Shown here: piece after piece, positions 27,942 through 42,974 of the stretch | How the letters are laid out: each line of letters opens with the position of its first letter | Position numbering within the stretch: position 1 is the first letter of the stretch | Assembly: GCF_009914755.1 (NCBI RefSeq) | Contig: NC_060937.1 | Strand: one strand, 5' to 3' | Origin: the human T2T-CHM13v2.0 reference genome, Homo sapiens | Length of the DNA stretch: 64,000 nt | The notes under the pieces: generated by a model | Told to the model about the DNA's origin: nothing | Seen by the model: the letters and a program-made list of their open reading frames with translations, nothing else | Databases searched by the model: none | Made by a program: the position numbers and the translations under genes

Positions 27942-28237
27942 GTCCAGACATGGTGGTTCACAACTGTAATCCCAGCACTCTGGGAGGCCAAGGTGGGTGG
28001 ATCACCTGAGGTAGGAGTTCAAAACCAGCCTGGTCAATATGGTGAAACCCTGTCTCTACTAAAAATACAAAAATTAGCCAGGCACGTGGTAATCTCAGCT
28101 ACTCAGGAGGCTGAGGCAGTAAAATCGTTTGAACCCAGGAGACGGAGGTTGCATTTAGTTGAGATTGCACCACTGCACTCCAGCCTGGGTGACAGAGCAA
28201 GACTCCATCTCAAAATAAACTAAAAAAAAAAAAAAAA
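27942..28237 (+). mobile_element. AluSx-like with a small deletion
   Basis: Dimer with A tail; TSD GAGAAACGCA. Confidence 0.92.
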
Positions 28238-29903
28238 TTGAGAAACGCAAGTGTTCATGGCACTGCCTTGTTATTTGGCCAGAGAGTGCCGAGGAAAGGA
28301 AAATGATCTATATTAAGAGAGAGATTTTGATGGAGACAGTTGCTGCCTCATATACACAAACATAGAGCTCACAAGGACAGTGAAAACAAAACCATAGCAA
28401 AAGAAAGAATTAAAGGCCAAATCACCAAGTCTAAACCCTTGAACCAACCAGCATCTCTCTCAGTGAGGTTTCTCAAAAGACTGTGACACAAACTGCCCTT
28501 TGGACGGGAGAAGGACCTTTGCCACGAAAGGGATGAGACCCAAGCTAATGCTGCCACTCCTGTGTGGCTGTGACATCCTGCCTCTCAGAACCACATTGCA
28601 GGAGCTGATCCTCTCTGAGTTTATTGTCATGACCTCCTTTCCAATACCAACATTGCATCAGCAGAAAGAAAATGGTCTCTCACTTATTTTCCATTGAGAG
28701 CAATAGCCCATGCTTCAAACTCAGTGAGTAGATGTGCCATGCAGCTCTTTAAGTATAGTTGCTTTGAGTAATTTTATCCCAGTCCATCACATTCCGATGA
28801 ACTGAGATCACAGACACATTATTTTCACCCTTTGCCAGAATTTTTGTGTGACAGAATGTGATAACCAAGAATGAAATGAATTAAGTTTGCTTCTTGCTTT
28901 CAGGTTGATGTAGGGAAGGAGAAGACGGAAACTCTTCCCCTTTAATTTTCATGTAGGGATTGGTATACAATGTACTTAATGAATGTGTTCAGTTAATTAA
29001 CTAATGAATGTGAAGTTGGGTTTATCAAAATCTTGAGAACGATGATAGCCTGAGTTCTTCCACTTTCTCTGGTGCTGGGCTCATCATGGTAGAAGACAAA
29101 TGACACCTTGGGAGACACACATCCGAGGAACCGCCCTTGGAGGAATTCAGTAAAGATGCGTTTGCTCTTTCTATGGGTTTTAAGATACTGGATTTGTGCC
29201 ACTAAGAATGTGACACTTCAGGCTATAGTCCTCAATGCCATAGATGTCATACCCCCTTTCTTTTGGTGCCCAGGTTTTTCTGCCTGATGCTGGCAGGGGC
29301 TGTCCCCACGCCATGTGCTCCACCCCCAGCTTGGTGATCTTGCCTTCAGAGAGCTCCCAACCCAAACAGGGTAAGGTGCTGGCTTTCTTGTTAAACCCAC
29401 ATTTCAATAAAAGCCTTTGTAACTCAGAGGAATGCATCTTTGGGGAAAGTCTTAGGTGAACGAAGGAAACACTTTCTGGCACTAGGACAGCCTTAGAGCC
29501 CTTGCCTCATGTTCCGCAGCCAGGTGTCCATCACCCACAGCTGGAAACTTGGCCTGTCCAGTTGGCTACATGGGACATAGTTTCACAGGGATGAATGAAT
29601 GGTTTTCTCAGTTCAGTTCCAAAGTGTTTCAGTAACGCCCAGGACATTATTTTGGAGGATTAGAAAAAGCTGAGTAGGAAACATGCTTTGTGTACTAATC
29701 ATAAATTAATTAGTATTTGGGCCACAAAAGGATGCTCTGCTGCCTAGAGGAGTGTCTTACCGTCAGGAAATGGGAAGAACAAACTATGGACTTGATGCTT
29801 AAAAGAGGAAGGTACACTCAAATCTGGATTCTCTTATCTTCCTACCAATGTATTTGTACCTAGTAACCAAACTCACTAACAATACATTCATTTTAGAAGT
29901 TAG

Positions 29904-30306
<403 letters not shown>

Positions 30307-30482
30307 TAGCTGAATATATCACTATGTTTAAAAATAATAATCCCAGGAATTAAGGACTGATCAGTTTACTTGGGTACCGGAAAAACTGACTGAGAATTAG
30401 TTGGGGGTTGTGAAGCCCAACATTTGCAGGATCCTAATCTGAGAGTGTCAACAAGCCCAACTTCTAAGGAGGAAAAAAAGCA

Positions 30483-30572
30483 TTAGGTTATTGCAAAAGT
30501 AACTGTGGTTTTTGCCATTAAAAGTAATTAAAAGTAATGGCAAAAACCGCAGTTACTTTTGCAACAACCTAA
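30483..30572. mobile_element. MADE1 (Hsmar1-derived MITE; source family of miR-548)
   Basis: TTAGGTTATTGCAAAAGTAACTGTGGTTTTTGCCATTA...TAATGGCAAAAACCGCAGTTACTTTTGCAACAACCTAA palindrome followed by TA. Confidence 0.95.
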
Positions 30573-31289
30573 TACTACTGCAAGTTTAGTAAGAATTCTC
30601 TGCATGGAATGTAAAAAAGAGAGAGCCTTTTCAGTTTGCCACGGTCAAACTTATCTCCATGAATTTCCCTTATGTATAAGTTTCTCTACTTTTCAGATCA
30701 CCTAAGAAAGACCTTAGATAATGTTTCTGGCGATGGCAGGGGCAATGATAAGCTGAAACAAACTTTGACTGACTTTCGTTCAGTCCATGGCACTTTCCAG
30801 CCTCCAAATCTTATCTAACAAGGACTCTCAACTTAAGGAGAGAGAACACACAAAGACAGGAAGAGCAAGAAATATTGAAGCTAAGGGTGCCTTATCTAAT
30901 CAGGGATAAAAACTGGTGGCCAGGCTAGAAAATGTGCTCTCCACCTTACAGTAAGAATAGCCAAAACTGGTTAAAAAGTGTGCTTGGAAATACCAATCTG
31001 CTGGCAAACATGCCATCTAGATTCTTCCGATTCTTGGTACCAAGCGGGAATTTAGTGAACAACCTAATTCACCCGTGTCTCTGTCTGCGTCTGCCACTCC
31101 AAGGTTTTGATGAAAATGGAAAGACCATGACAAGATAATCATATTTTATTTAAAATATTGCACTGGTAAAGGTGTACTGAAATTAACAGCATCTCTTCAT
31201 TTTCTACAATTTTCTAGTATTTTGAGTTTAAAAAAAAAATACGTGCCTCTGAGTGAAAGAGCCACAGGTATGATAATAGTGATTTGGTA

Positions 31290-32254
31290 ATTCTTAGCAA
31301 AGCATTTTTGTGTCATATTCATAAATTTGCTAAGCATATGACTCTAATGACTAAGTAATGAGTCACTTTGCAAGTCAGGATGCCATATTCTTTGCTATCA
31401 GCTAAACTGAAAAACGTCCTGATTGAGATGGGAACTGATAGATCATTTAAAATAATTTGATGATAGACCACTATGTGATTTTTTGCATACAACTTGAAAA
31501 AGGTTTAAATAATTGAGTGAAATTTTCATAATGAAATCCTTCCAAGTGCCGATTTATTTGAACAAAATATCTCAGTTCTTCAATCTGCGAAAATGAAAAT
31601 TAGGAATTGAATTAATGCCAAGCCCTGTTTCATTATATCAATAAATAATATCTATCTGTGATTATTTAAACTACTTGACAAAAAATCCAAGACACATTTC
31701 CAATACATTTTACTTTTTATGTTTAATAATGATGCATAAAATTTTATAATATATTTATGTTGTTTTGATCAATTTCTACAGTTATTAATTATAACTAACA
31801 ACTCAGAATAAAATACAGAACACTATGTTCACAGGAAATGTGCTAGAAAAGTTTGAAAAAATTTTATATATAGTTTTTGAAAAGAAGTATATAAGCTGAT
31901 CAATAAAACTTTACACGAAGAAAAAATTCCATGGGAAAGTAAAATTGAAATAAATAATAGAGAATAATGAAACACATTTTATTTTCTATTATTAAAGAAC
32001 TTGTTCATTTTCCTCTTAAGTAGCTTCTGATGGGTGTCAAATTACTGGGGCATTTAGAGTCCACTGGGTTGATTTTTTTAATCATGTAACACTTTTATTT
32101 CAAAATGTTAACATTCACAATAAATCAGAAATGATAATCCTTCAAACAATTTAAACTTTTGAATAAAATGTCTAGCTATCATCTTTAAAAAGAGATGTAA
32201 TACATAGTTTTTCAAACTTCTTTTATGGTTAGCAAAAAATTTTTAAAGCCACTA
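31290..32254 (+). mobile_element. hAT-Charlie (Charlie2-like) 3' fragment
   Basis: CTGATAGATCATTTAAAATAATTTGATGATAGACCACTATGTGATTTTT resembles the transposase C-terminal region; end ...AAAGCCACTA. Confidence 0.65.
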
Positions 32255-35199
32255 CTTTGGAATATTATGTGGTAAAAGGTAAGGAACTGAATCTTTACTA
32301 GGGTGTAGTTGATGTCTTTCTCTGTCTGATGCATCACATTTAGGCAAGAATGTAGTATGATCTTAGAGCGCTGTTCACTGAAGAAGAGGAGGTAGGAAGC
32401 GTTTATTTCCTTTTAAAGAAATTCCTTGAGAAACCGACTTTCATTTCTTATTGAGAGATAGCCTTGGCCTTAGGAATCAGGGTCTTTTGCCCAGGCTGTG
32501 ACCTGCCATGAAGAGGCTGCCCTTGCCTTCCTCGTTTTCACTACCCAGAACTATTCCCCGTGTGATTATCTCACACATTTTGTGAATGTGATTCAAAGTT
32601 AATATCAGGAAAACAGGTCTCCTCTCCTGGCCATGGAACTCCATTGCAGTTAGCAAGCCATAGTGCAGGCCTGGGGAGTGACGTGTTCAAGGATACAATT
32701 TCTTCTACAGTGTGAAGGATGATGTTCTTTCTATTGTGTGAGCAGCATTTCCACTGAATAAGTGCATCCCTTTTATTAATGATTTTCTGCTATTCAATTC
32801 ACAAGAAAAAAGTCTTGAGATATAATAGGCCACCTTACATAGGCAAACTACATTCAGGTAGACAACAAACATACCATACAAATAGTTGGAAGTTTGTTTC
32901 AAATAAAACACTCTTGGAAGTACAAGAAGAAATTTTAATAGATGTAAAAATAAAGTACAAGAAGAAATTCCAGTACAAAAACCAATTAATAAAATGTAAA
33001 GTGAAAAAAGATTTACCTTTGGTCATTAGGCTTAAGAAGCAGCTGTTGTCTGGGGAGATTTTGCAAACAAGGCCTGAGCCCTTTAGTGTTACAATAAAAA
33101 GTGCTATAAGTCACCTTTTGAAAACAGTAATTATGTGGGGATTTTTTGTTTTTGCAATAGATGTTGACAGTTAAAGTAACACTGTTAGTACAGAAAGATG
33201 TTGCAAAACTTCATGTTTATAAAATAGTGGCTTAGAAGTCAGATAAACAGCTTCCCACATTTACGAACTTAAAATATCTGTGCCAGGCAAGTCCTAAGAT
33301 CTAATTATGTACAAAAGAAAACAAAAAACACAATTAGCATGTTTCCAGTACAGGTGTATGAAGCTATATAATAATATTGTATGATGCTAAGTGCTGAAGA
33401 CAAAAAGATAAAACAGAGTAAAGGGAGAGAGGATGAAAAGGGTATTCCTGAGAAGTGTTGGTCAGGAAGGCCTCCTAATGGGAAAAGAGAAGCCTCAGAT
33501 ATAAACAGTGAAGTCATTTTTCTTTTGCTTCTAACACCTCACACATAATAAACAGAGGTAGATTAAAGCTGAATCTAAAGCCAAATGTTTTTCAAGGGAT
33601 ATTGATATCTAGTTTATTTGAAGTCTAATGGTCATTCAAGACAGAGGCTGACTCTGAGTTAAGAAATTAAAAATGAAAATACTGTTGAATAGATAGATCG
33701 ATAGATGTGTGATAAGACAAGCATAGTAAAATGTCAGTGGTGGAACATTAACATCCCCATCATAATCTAGGTATTGGATATACCTGTGTTCTCCATAAAA
33801 TCCATTCAGCCTTTTGTATGTTCATTTTAAAATGAACACTTTCATGTTAGAAAGATTTATATTTCTCAAGCTTAGAAACATACTTCAGATCAGAACAAGT
33901 CATAATTAATCATTAAAATAGTTACTAAAGTTTATCAAATTTGCTTTAGTGTTTACTTATTTAAATCTTTTCCCACATAGTTATCATCTTTTAAACTAAC
34001 TTAGTAATATTGCCTGTATTAAGTTCTGTTTTTGTCTTAAAACAGTAATATGAGGTAAGCAGTATGACATTAGTATGCTAAGGTCTCTTTCAGTTAAGCA
34101 CACTTATGGATGACACAGGGATATTTAGATTACGAAAATATCTATTATCTGTACAATAGGTAGAAATATAATTTCATGGAAAGCACTTATAAAACAAAAA
34201 CCACAAAAGTTTCAGTATTAAATGTTCGTATTTATTTGTAAGTTAGTGGCACAAGGGTTAAAAGCCCTCTTCTCGAATATTCAATTAATTACTTAAATTT
34301 AACAAAATTGATAATAACTAGTTGAGTTCAATAACACAGGCTGACCCTGCCTTCATGTTAAATAGCATAGCTCTAAAAGTCCCCCAAATACAGATCATTT
34401 CTGGAGCAAATAATATTCCTCCTCCAAAAAGAGATTAAAGATTTAAGGTTGTGCATATTCTCGACTATTCAGGAGATGACAGATTAGAAAGTGAATAGGA
34501 TCTTTCTGACTTTAGAGTAAGATAATGGCACTTTAAGAAAAATGACTCTCTGAATATTACAACCAAAGCTGATTTGTATGAGAAACATCCCTCATATTTC
34601 TTTTCAAATTCTCTTAAATGCAACATTAAAAATAAACAAACAAAATATTTCAAAAGGAATGGGATGCAGAAATGTCAAGTTCTGCTAGACCAGAGAAGTA
34701 ATTTCTAAGAATCAAAAGTTACATACAAAATGAATTACAATTTTATCATACAGAAAGAAATTGGGTAATTTCCCCTCCTCACCTCCCCTCTTGTATTTCT
34801 AATAGGCAAGAAAAGCCCCACTACAAAGAGCTCCTTTCTGAGGCATCTAGGACTATTTGTTTCCCCACATCCTCACTCCACCCCATTGTATCTATATTTA
34901 CTCAATTGCTTCCATTTAGGCAATGATGGCTGTTGGAGAGCACTTTCCACTGTGGGTGTGAAGCTGGCAGAAAAAGGTGCTGGGTTTGGAAGGGCCACTG
35001 GAGCAGTGCCTTCTGGAATTGGTGCCATGTTAATTCATTATTTCTAGCAAAAGTCTACCTCATATTAATCAAAAATAAATTCTCCTCCAGATTAAGATGA
35101 CTGGCCTACAGAAATAGGAAAGCACACCTCGGTGAGGCAGTTAGAGAGTGGATGATTGACTGATAAACACCAGAAACTTGGCTAAGCATTGTGGATGTA

Positions 35200-38100
35200 T
35201 TAATCCAAAAATTTTAGGGACCTTAAAATTAAAACAAACAGAATGGTGTACAAATATTGTACTCTAGTTAGTGAGTTTTTTTTTCCACGGGAATGTGAGT
35301 TAGCAATTCTGAAACTAGTTTTTGTTCAAAGACTGAAGAAATAAAGAAATATGTATGTAAGTAATGACAGCCAGGACTCTGTCAGAGAAATGAGTTGCCA
35401 ACGAAAAAAGGGGGAATGCTCAAATGAACCCCATCAAGTATCATTGAAATCAAGGGCATGAACCACCACACACAATCTGAAAGGAATAATCTGGAATAAT
35501 GTGAACAATAAAATTGGAAGCCTAATGTAATCATATCAATGATTACATTAAATATAAATGGCCTAAAAGCACGAGTTAAAAAAGATTATCAGACTAAAGT
35601 TTTAAAAACCAACTGATTCTATGTTATCTATAAGAAACCTACTTCAAATATAATGATATAGATATAGTCAAAGTGAAAAGATGGTAACATGCTATGTCAA
35701 GTAAACACTAATTTAAAAATGAGAGTAGCTATAGTAATATCAGAAAAATTGAACTGCAGAACAAGGAAAATTACTGAGGATAAAAACGAACATTATATAA
35801 TTATGAAAAATAAATTAATCCAAAAGAAATAATAATGCTAAGTGTGTATGCATCAAACAAGAAAGTTCCAGAATGCACGAAGCAAAAACTAAATAAACAA
35901 AAAAAATAGACAAACCCATGCTCATTCTTCAAGATATCAACAGTCTTCTTGCAGTGGTTGTTAAAACAAGTAGACAGAAAATCAGCAAGGATAAGAAGGG
36001 CCTGTACACTAGTATTGAACAAATTTACCTCTTTGACATGTATAGACTTTCCCTTCAACAAGCAGAGTATATATTCTCTTCCAGTACACAGAGAACATTT
36101 ATCAAAATAAGATCATATTCTGGGCCATAAAATAAACGTTAACAACAATAAAAGAATTTAAATCATACAAAGTGTTTTGGCCATACATAATGAAACTATA
36201 AATTATTAACAAAAGATACTTTGGAAACACCCAAATATCTAAAAATTTAGCATCACACTTTTAAGCCTTTGGGTCATGGAGGAAGCTTCAAGGGAAATTA
36301 GAGAATATTTCAAAATATATTTATTTGAAAATGCAACAGGTGGGATACAGCCAAATCATAGTTTAGAAAGAAATCTATAGCATAAAATGTTTATATTAGA
36401 AAAGTCGCTCATCAATTATCTGTGCATCCACCTTAAGATATAAGAAAAAAGAGAAAATTAAACCCAAAGCTAGCCAAAGGAAAAGTAACAATAAAGCAAG
36501 GTGCAGAAACCATTGCAATAATAAAAACCTAAGAATCATAGAGAAAATCATTGAAAACAAAAGCTGTTTCTTTGGAAAAAAGAATAAAATTGATAAACCC
36601 CTAGACAGACTAAGCAAAAGGAAAAAGACAAGACATAAGTCATCAATATCAGAAACAAAAGTAATTATATCACTACAGACCTTACAGACATTAAAAGGAT
36701 AATAAAGGAATGCATCAGTCTGACAGCTTAGATGAAATAGACCAACTCTTTGTAAAATATTACAAAAACTCACTAAAGAATAAATAAATAACCTGGTTAG
36801 TGTTATGTCTATTAAAGACATTTTATATAGTTAAAATTTTACAATAAAGAAAATCCCAGACCAAGATAGTTTTAAAGGTAAACTCCACCAATCATTTAAG
36901 GATGAAATAATGCCAATTCTACAAAAATTCCTGTGGAAAATAGAAAAGGACACTTATAAACTCATTTTCTGAGGCAAGTATTACTCTGATACCAAAAGGA
37001 ATCAAAGATAAGAGAGAAGAAAATCATAGCCCAGTATTCCTCGTGAACATAGATGAAAACATATTCAACAAAATATTAACTCAAATTCAGCAATATATGA
37101 AAGGGGTAATACACGTCTGTAAAACTCTGGTGAAAAATATTTACAGCAATTTTCTCTATAATTGGCAATAATAGGAAACAACCCAGATATTTTCAAATGG
37201 TCAGTGGCTAAACAAACAGTAGTACATCCACAAAGTAGATGCACTGCTCAGGATAAAGCAGAATAAACTTTCGGTGCATACAGCAATGTCAATGAATCTT
37301 AAACTCATTTTTGCTAAGTGAAAGAAGCCACATGCAAAAGCCTATATATTGCATGTGCCTATTTATATGCCATTCTAGAAAGAGCAAAACTACAGGAATG
37401 GAAAACCGGTCAATTGTTGCCAGGGTTTAGGGGTTAGTGAAGGGCTTGGCACTAAAGAGGGGCACAAAGGAAATTTTGGGGTGACGAAAACTGTTCAATA
37501 TGGCACCAGAGTGATGGATACATTACTCCATTCATTTGTCTATACTCACAGAACCGCACATGAAAAATTAAACTTTATGGTATGTACATATAAATTAAAT
37601 AAAAATAGAACCTATGACATACAGCTAAAGTAAGAAATATTCATAGTCTCAAAATTATGTCAATGGAAATTAAAAAACCAAAATTAAATAAATTAAGCAT
37701 TCAAGTAAAAGGGTTAGCAAAAAAAAAAAATCAAAACGTATTGAAGGAACATGGATAAAAGCATAAAATAGAAAAAGAGTACAGCCAAAGAAAAAAATTA
37801 AAACTTCCCTGAAATTACAGTAATATTGATGAACCTCTGGCTCACCTAATCAGGGGAGAAAAAGAAGAGGAAACCATACATACCAAAATTAGAAATGATT
37901 AAGAAGAAATAATACTTGAAAGAGAAGATTTTTTTTAGTCAAGAGAAGCTACTTATTGTTCCATAAATGTATATTAAAAATTAGAAAGGTTGGCTATTCT
38001 ACTGAGAAGTCCAAGCAGAACAATTTCCTTCGAAGAAATAAAGAAAAATTCCACCCATAAAGAAAATACCAAAACACAACAAAACAAAAAAAAGGTCTGG

Positions 38101-40050
38101 ATTGTTATTCAGGGAAATTCTACCTAAACATTGAAGAGCTGACGATCTAATGCCATTTAAGCTGTCCAAAACCATAAAACAAAGAAAATAGTATTTCAAA
38201 TTATTTTCATAAACCTGTAAGAAATTCACAAAAGATAAAGATCAATAACACTTGCAAAGGCTGACGGAAACATTGTGAGTAAAATACTAACAAACAGAAA
38301 TCAAAACATGTTTAAAAATCATGAAACGTAGATTTTATTATAAGAATGGCTGAATGCCTCTAATTAGGCAACCAATTAATATTCCTAATTTCCAATTAAG
38401 AAACCAATTAATATTACCACATGGATGGTTCAGCATTAGGAAACATTAATAATGTCTTGCTAAAAACTCATTACTACAACGTTGGAAAAGCATTTGACAT
38501 TAAATTTCAAATCCATTCCTAATTTTTAAAAAGACAGTTACACAGAAATCAACAGAAAATATCTAAACATAATTTATACATATACAAGTACATAATATGA
38601 AATGTATAGATCAAAGTCAGAAATGAGACAATGCTGTCTACTGTCATCACTACTACTTAACTATTTTTTCTTTGTAACTTTTTATTGAAGGTCTTAACTA
38701 ATGGAATTAGAAAAGAAAAGGAAGTTAATTACATAATAGGAAAGGAAGAGATAAAACTACTTTTAAGTTGCCATTGATATACAATAATTTTATACTAAGA
38801 AATACCAGGAAAACTAAATGAAAAAAAATTACTTAAAAAAATAAGGGAATTTAAAAGGAATCCGATCACAAAACTGACAAACAAAACATATGTAAACACA
38901 ATTAATTAAAAAGTACAATAAAAACTAATCCAAAACAGAAAAGCAGTGGGGTGGGACTAGTTCTACCAGATATTAAACATATTTTTCAGACTTAATAAAG
39001 AAAATTTAGTAGATGTACTAGTGGATCAGAAGAGAAAGTTCAGGAATAACCCCAAATAAAACAATTTAGAACACAACAAAGGGTGTATGTCAAATCAATT
39101 GAGTAGATATAAATTTAGTTATAAATATAAATGAAAACCATAAATTTTTAAAATTGACAGTATGGCAGTGAAAGAATTAAGTGGGTTGCATACTTCATAG
39201 CACAGACTACATTGCACACCACATAGATCAGATATCTAAATGTGAAATAGGAAATCATACAACTATTAGAAAAACTTCAGAGTGAATTCCTTTAAAAATT
39301 TTCAACTGGTAAGGCCTCTCTAAATTTTACTCAAAAGTCCAAAAACTAGGGAAAATATCAATAATACATAAAAATAAAAAATGCCTGCCTGAAGAAAAAT
39401 GTGCAGGAGCAAAAGCATAATCCAATGACAGAAAAAGTCTTTGCAACTTACATCACAGGCAAAAACATAGAAATCTCTAATACATAGAAATCTCTAATAC
39501 ATCAGGGAGAGAAAGACCAGCAATTCAGAAGAAAAATGGACAAGACATAAACAGATACTTTATGACCATTAAATAAATAAAAATATGTTCAGTGTGATTT
39601 CTTGTAAGAGACATGGAAACGAAATCTACAGTATACCACGCTGGCAAGGTATTCTCCAGGAAGAGGGCCCAGAGCCCAGTAAGAACTGGCTGCTTCCAGG
39701 ACTGGGGACAAAAATTAGCCGGGCGTGGTGGCGGGTGCCTGTGATCCCAGCTACTCAGGAGGCTGAGGCAGGAGAATCGCTTGAACCCAGGAGGCAGAGG
39801 TTAAAGTGAGCAGAGATCGCGCCACTGCACTCCAGCCTGGGTGACAGAGCCAGACTCCATCTCAAAAAAACAAAACGAAACAAAAAGTTTCAAAAGTCGT
39901 TACACCAGAGGGCGAGAACGCACCACGGCGGATGTGGAGAGTATAGGAGCCAGGCGGGAGGGAGGATCACTGGCCAAATTTGGAACAAAGTGGAGCATCC
40001 AAAATAATAGTGACTCTAACTGATCAGAAAACATGGCTTAATAAATGTAA
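35200..40050 (+). mobile_element. Cluster of old L1M fragments (ORF2 EN/RT, 3' UTR pieces, nested copies)
   Basis: ACATTAAATATAAATGGCCTAAA (EN start), CATATTCTGGGCCATAAAA, AATAAAATTGATAAACCCCTAG, GAGGCAAGTATTACTCTGATACCAAA, then a 3' UTR and a second older ORF2. Confidence 0.8.
39708..39886 (+). mobile_element. 5'-truncated Alu (right monomer)
   Basis: Begins in the middle A-rich linker ACAAAAATTAGCCGGGCGTGG; A-rich tail. Confidence 0.92.
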
Positions 40051-40103
40051 ATGAGATCACTCAGATGAGCACATTTACCATGATTGGATTTACCTGTTAT
40101 GTG

Positions 40104-40177
40104 CAATGACTAAATGTCCCCGTTTGCCTGGGCCTTCCTGTGTATGTCTGAAATAATTAATAGTGCTGCTTTCATTT
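40104..40177 (+). mobile_element. MER94-like (hAT-Blackjack) 5' half
   Basis: TGACTAAATGTCCCCGTTTGCCTGGG...TAATTAATAGTGCTGCTTTCA. Confidence 0.5.
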
Positions 40178-40739
40178 TTCTAAATATTTGAAAACATGTA
40201 ATAAAAAGTTGCAAAAACAAGATGAAAGACTTTAATGATGAGATAACCAGGTGTAAAACAAGCATCCCGGTGAGGGTGGAACAGCTGAGAGACAGGGGAA
40301 GAAATTTGTGCAGGCGCTCTATACCAGAAATGTCAAAAATGATCACTGAGGTTTAGGTATGACAATGCTATTTTGGTAAGTGGAATTTTTTCCCCAAATT
40401 TTAAATGGATCCTGAAGTATTTTACCGCACAATGTCATGGTGTTTGTGACTGACTTTAAAGGATTTCATCACAAATGTGGAACAATAAACGCGTAAAAAT
40501 AAATATATATATATTAGTATATCCTTGATCTACATAAAACAACTCTGGAAGGATATATGAAAACTAATAATGGTGGCTACCTGTGGCAGCATGTTTTATC
40601 TTATCGTCTTGTCTTATTTTATTTTATTATTTTGTTTTGGAGAGGGGACTGAAAGGATGGAGAAAGGATGAAGGAAATATTCAAAGGTATACCTTTACAT
40701 ACATTTATTTAAAATGTAGTGTTATTCAATAAAGTACAC

Positions 40740-41950
40740 ATTTTTGCTATTAAAATACAAAGAAAACTTCTTCAGTCTTTAACAGATCAAGAGTTAGAAA
40801 AAAATAAATTTTTAGCACACCTGGAAGATGTGTTATAATGGTAATTAAAACAATATTGTTCTAACTTTGTCCTCTATAAAAAACATGTATTCATTTCAGG
40901 GGTACACAGAATACTTACAAAAATTAAGTATGCATCAGAGCACATGTTTAAAAAAACCTCACTGAATTTCAAAAGGCAGAAATTATACAGGCCAAATACT
41001 CTGACCACAGCAAAATAGAATGAAGCTGTGTTCAAAGACAGATTCATATCCGTAAAAGCTTTTATTATTACATAAGAAGAAATGAAAACAAATGAAAGCA
41101 TTCACTTCAGGAAGTTAATATAAGGAAAACAAAGCAAAAGGAAGGAAATAATTTTTACAAAAAAAAATTGATGGCCAAAATAGAATAAAACCAGATTTGA
41201 TATACACATCTAAGAGCTCATTCACTGAGGCCAAAAAAACTAATTAAAATGCCAAACATCTGGCAATCTCTTTAAGAAAAATGGGAAAATATAGATATAC
41301 AAAATGAAGAATGAGAACATAGCTAGGTAGATTAAATTAATAATATGGTAAAACCTCTCACAATAAAGGTGGTTAACTCCATGATAACACAGTTGAACAT
41401 CTTGCAGAAATGGGTGAATCTCTAATAGGAAACGGCAATTTTCCAAACCTATTGAAGACTAAGTATACCATCTAAATGTACAGTGATCACAGGGGAAAAA
41501 GAAAATGAAGAATTATCCAAGCATTTCTTCCAAAAATGGTGCCAAGCCCGCAGTTTTTGGGCTAAGTTCTTTCCAACTTTCAAGGAACAGATAATTAGCA
41601 GGCTATGTAAACTGCTGTAAAGCAGAGGAAATCGCAGGAAGCTTCCCTGCCCACTTTACAAAGCCAGCACAGATCCGATCCCAAAACCTGACAAAAGTGG
41701 CACAAAAAAGAAAATGACAGGCTATGAATAAGCTTATTAAAATTCTAAATAAAGCACTAGCAATTTCAGACCAAGTCTATATTAAAATGACAATAGTTCA
41801 CGATCAAATAAAATTATTCAAGGAGCACAAGGATATTTTAATATATCACATTAATAGATTACAAAGAAAACCATATAATCATCTTTAAAATGCCCATAAA
41901 AAGGCATCTGAAAAAATGCAATCTCCATCCCTGGGTTAAAGAAAGAAAAT
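40740..41950 (+). mobile_element. Old L1M ORF2 fragment
   Basis: CTCTGACCACAGCAAAATAGAA; CCAACTTTCAAGGAACAGATAAT; CCAAAACCTGACAAAAG. Confidence 0.7.
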
Positions 41951-42109
41951 TAAAAAGGACCAAAAATCTTTAGGAGGCCAGGATCAAAAAGCTGATTCTC
42001 TAATATTGTACTATCATGTAGACTTCCTTAAATTTTAGCCTAGAAGCTACTTACATGAGAATTATCTGGGTGCTTGTCTAAAAGGTAGATATGTATGTAG
42101 TCTTTTCTG

Positions 42110-42620
42110 TTGAATCACTTATCCATTGCCACAGAAATCCTATGTAACACACCACCCCCAAACGGTGGCTTAACATCATAAGCATTCATTTCTTTTGTGC
42201 TCTGTGAGTAGGATATTTAGGCGAGATGTTTCTTCTGACCCTGGCCTCCTGGCTCACAGGAGGAGGGCTCAGCGGGCTGTAGCTGATCTGGTGGTTTGGC
42301 TGCAGTGACCTGGCGCAGTGGCTCTGCTCCACACTCCTCCTCTTCACCCTGGGGCCAGCCACCTCGCCTGGGCATCTTGTTGTGGGGATGGCAGAGATGC
42401 AGGATGGCAAGCACCTGCCGGACGTCCCTTTCAAGCCTGTGCTGCTATGACATCTTCTGACATCCCATGGGCCACAACACTTCACACAGCTAAGCCCAGT
42501 GTTAAGGGGCGGGGTCAAGCATGTCCCTAGTCAAAGCCTATTTCAACTTGCTACAGGAAAGGGTGTGGACAAAGGGGCAGAACATCAGGGCCATATCTGT
42601 GCTTTCCAGATTTTCTACAA
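42110..42620 (-). mobile_element. MLT1 (H/I/J-like) LTR
   Basis: TATGTAACAC...CCCAAACGGTGGCTTAAC; GATGGCAGAGATGCAG; CTAAGCCCAGTGTTAAGGGGC. Confidence 0.7.
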
Positions 42621-42974
42621 TTCTCATGTTACATTTGAAATCGTTTTTATTTAAAAAATTAAAAATTAAGTGCATAGGTTTGAGAGACATTACGTATGTG
42701 CTACTGTGGGAGAGACCACAGCCTGCAAAGTGTCTAATCCCAATGGGAGATAGAAAACAAATGTGGGTTTCTCTGTTCATCAAAAGGGAAAAAAACACAA
42801 GAAAGAAAAAGAAATACCCCCCAGAGCCAAAGGGACTGGAGCAATTGGGGTGGCTGTTGGGAGTAAAGAGTGAAATAGAGCAATATTTTTTAAACTTCAG
42901 TTTGTCATTGACTATTAGATCAAGATAACAATTTCATGGTCCGTAAAAACTTTTAAAATTTTTTATTTAAAAAC

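Noticed and set aside
28885-28905. Splice-acceptor-like TTGCTTCTTGCTTTCAG|G
   Set aside because: No matching donor, ORF or other exon evidence; such motifs are common by chance
36396-36821. 141-aa hydrophobic ORF
   Set aside because: Antisense reading of A-rich L1 ORF2
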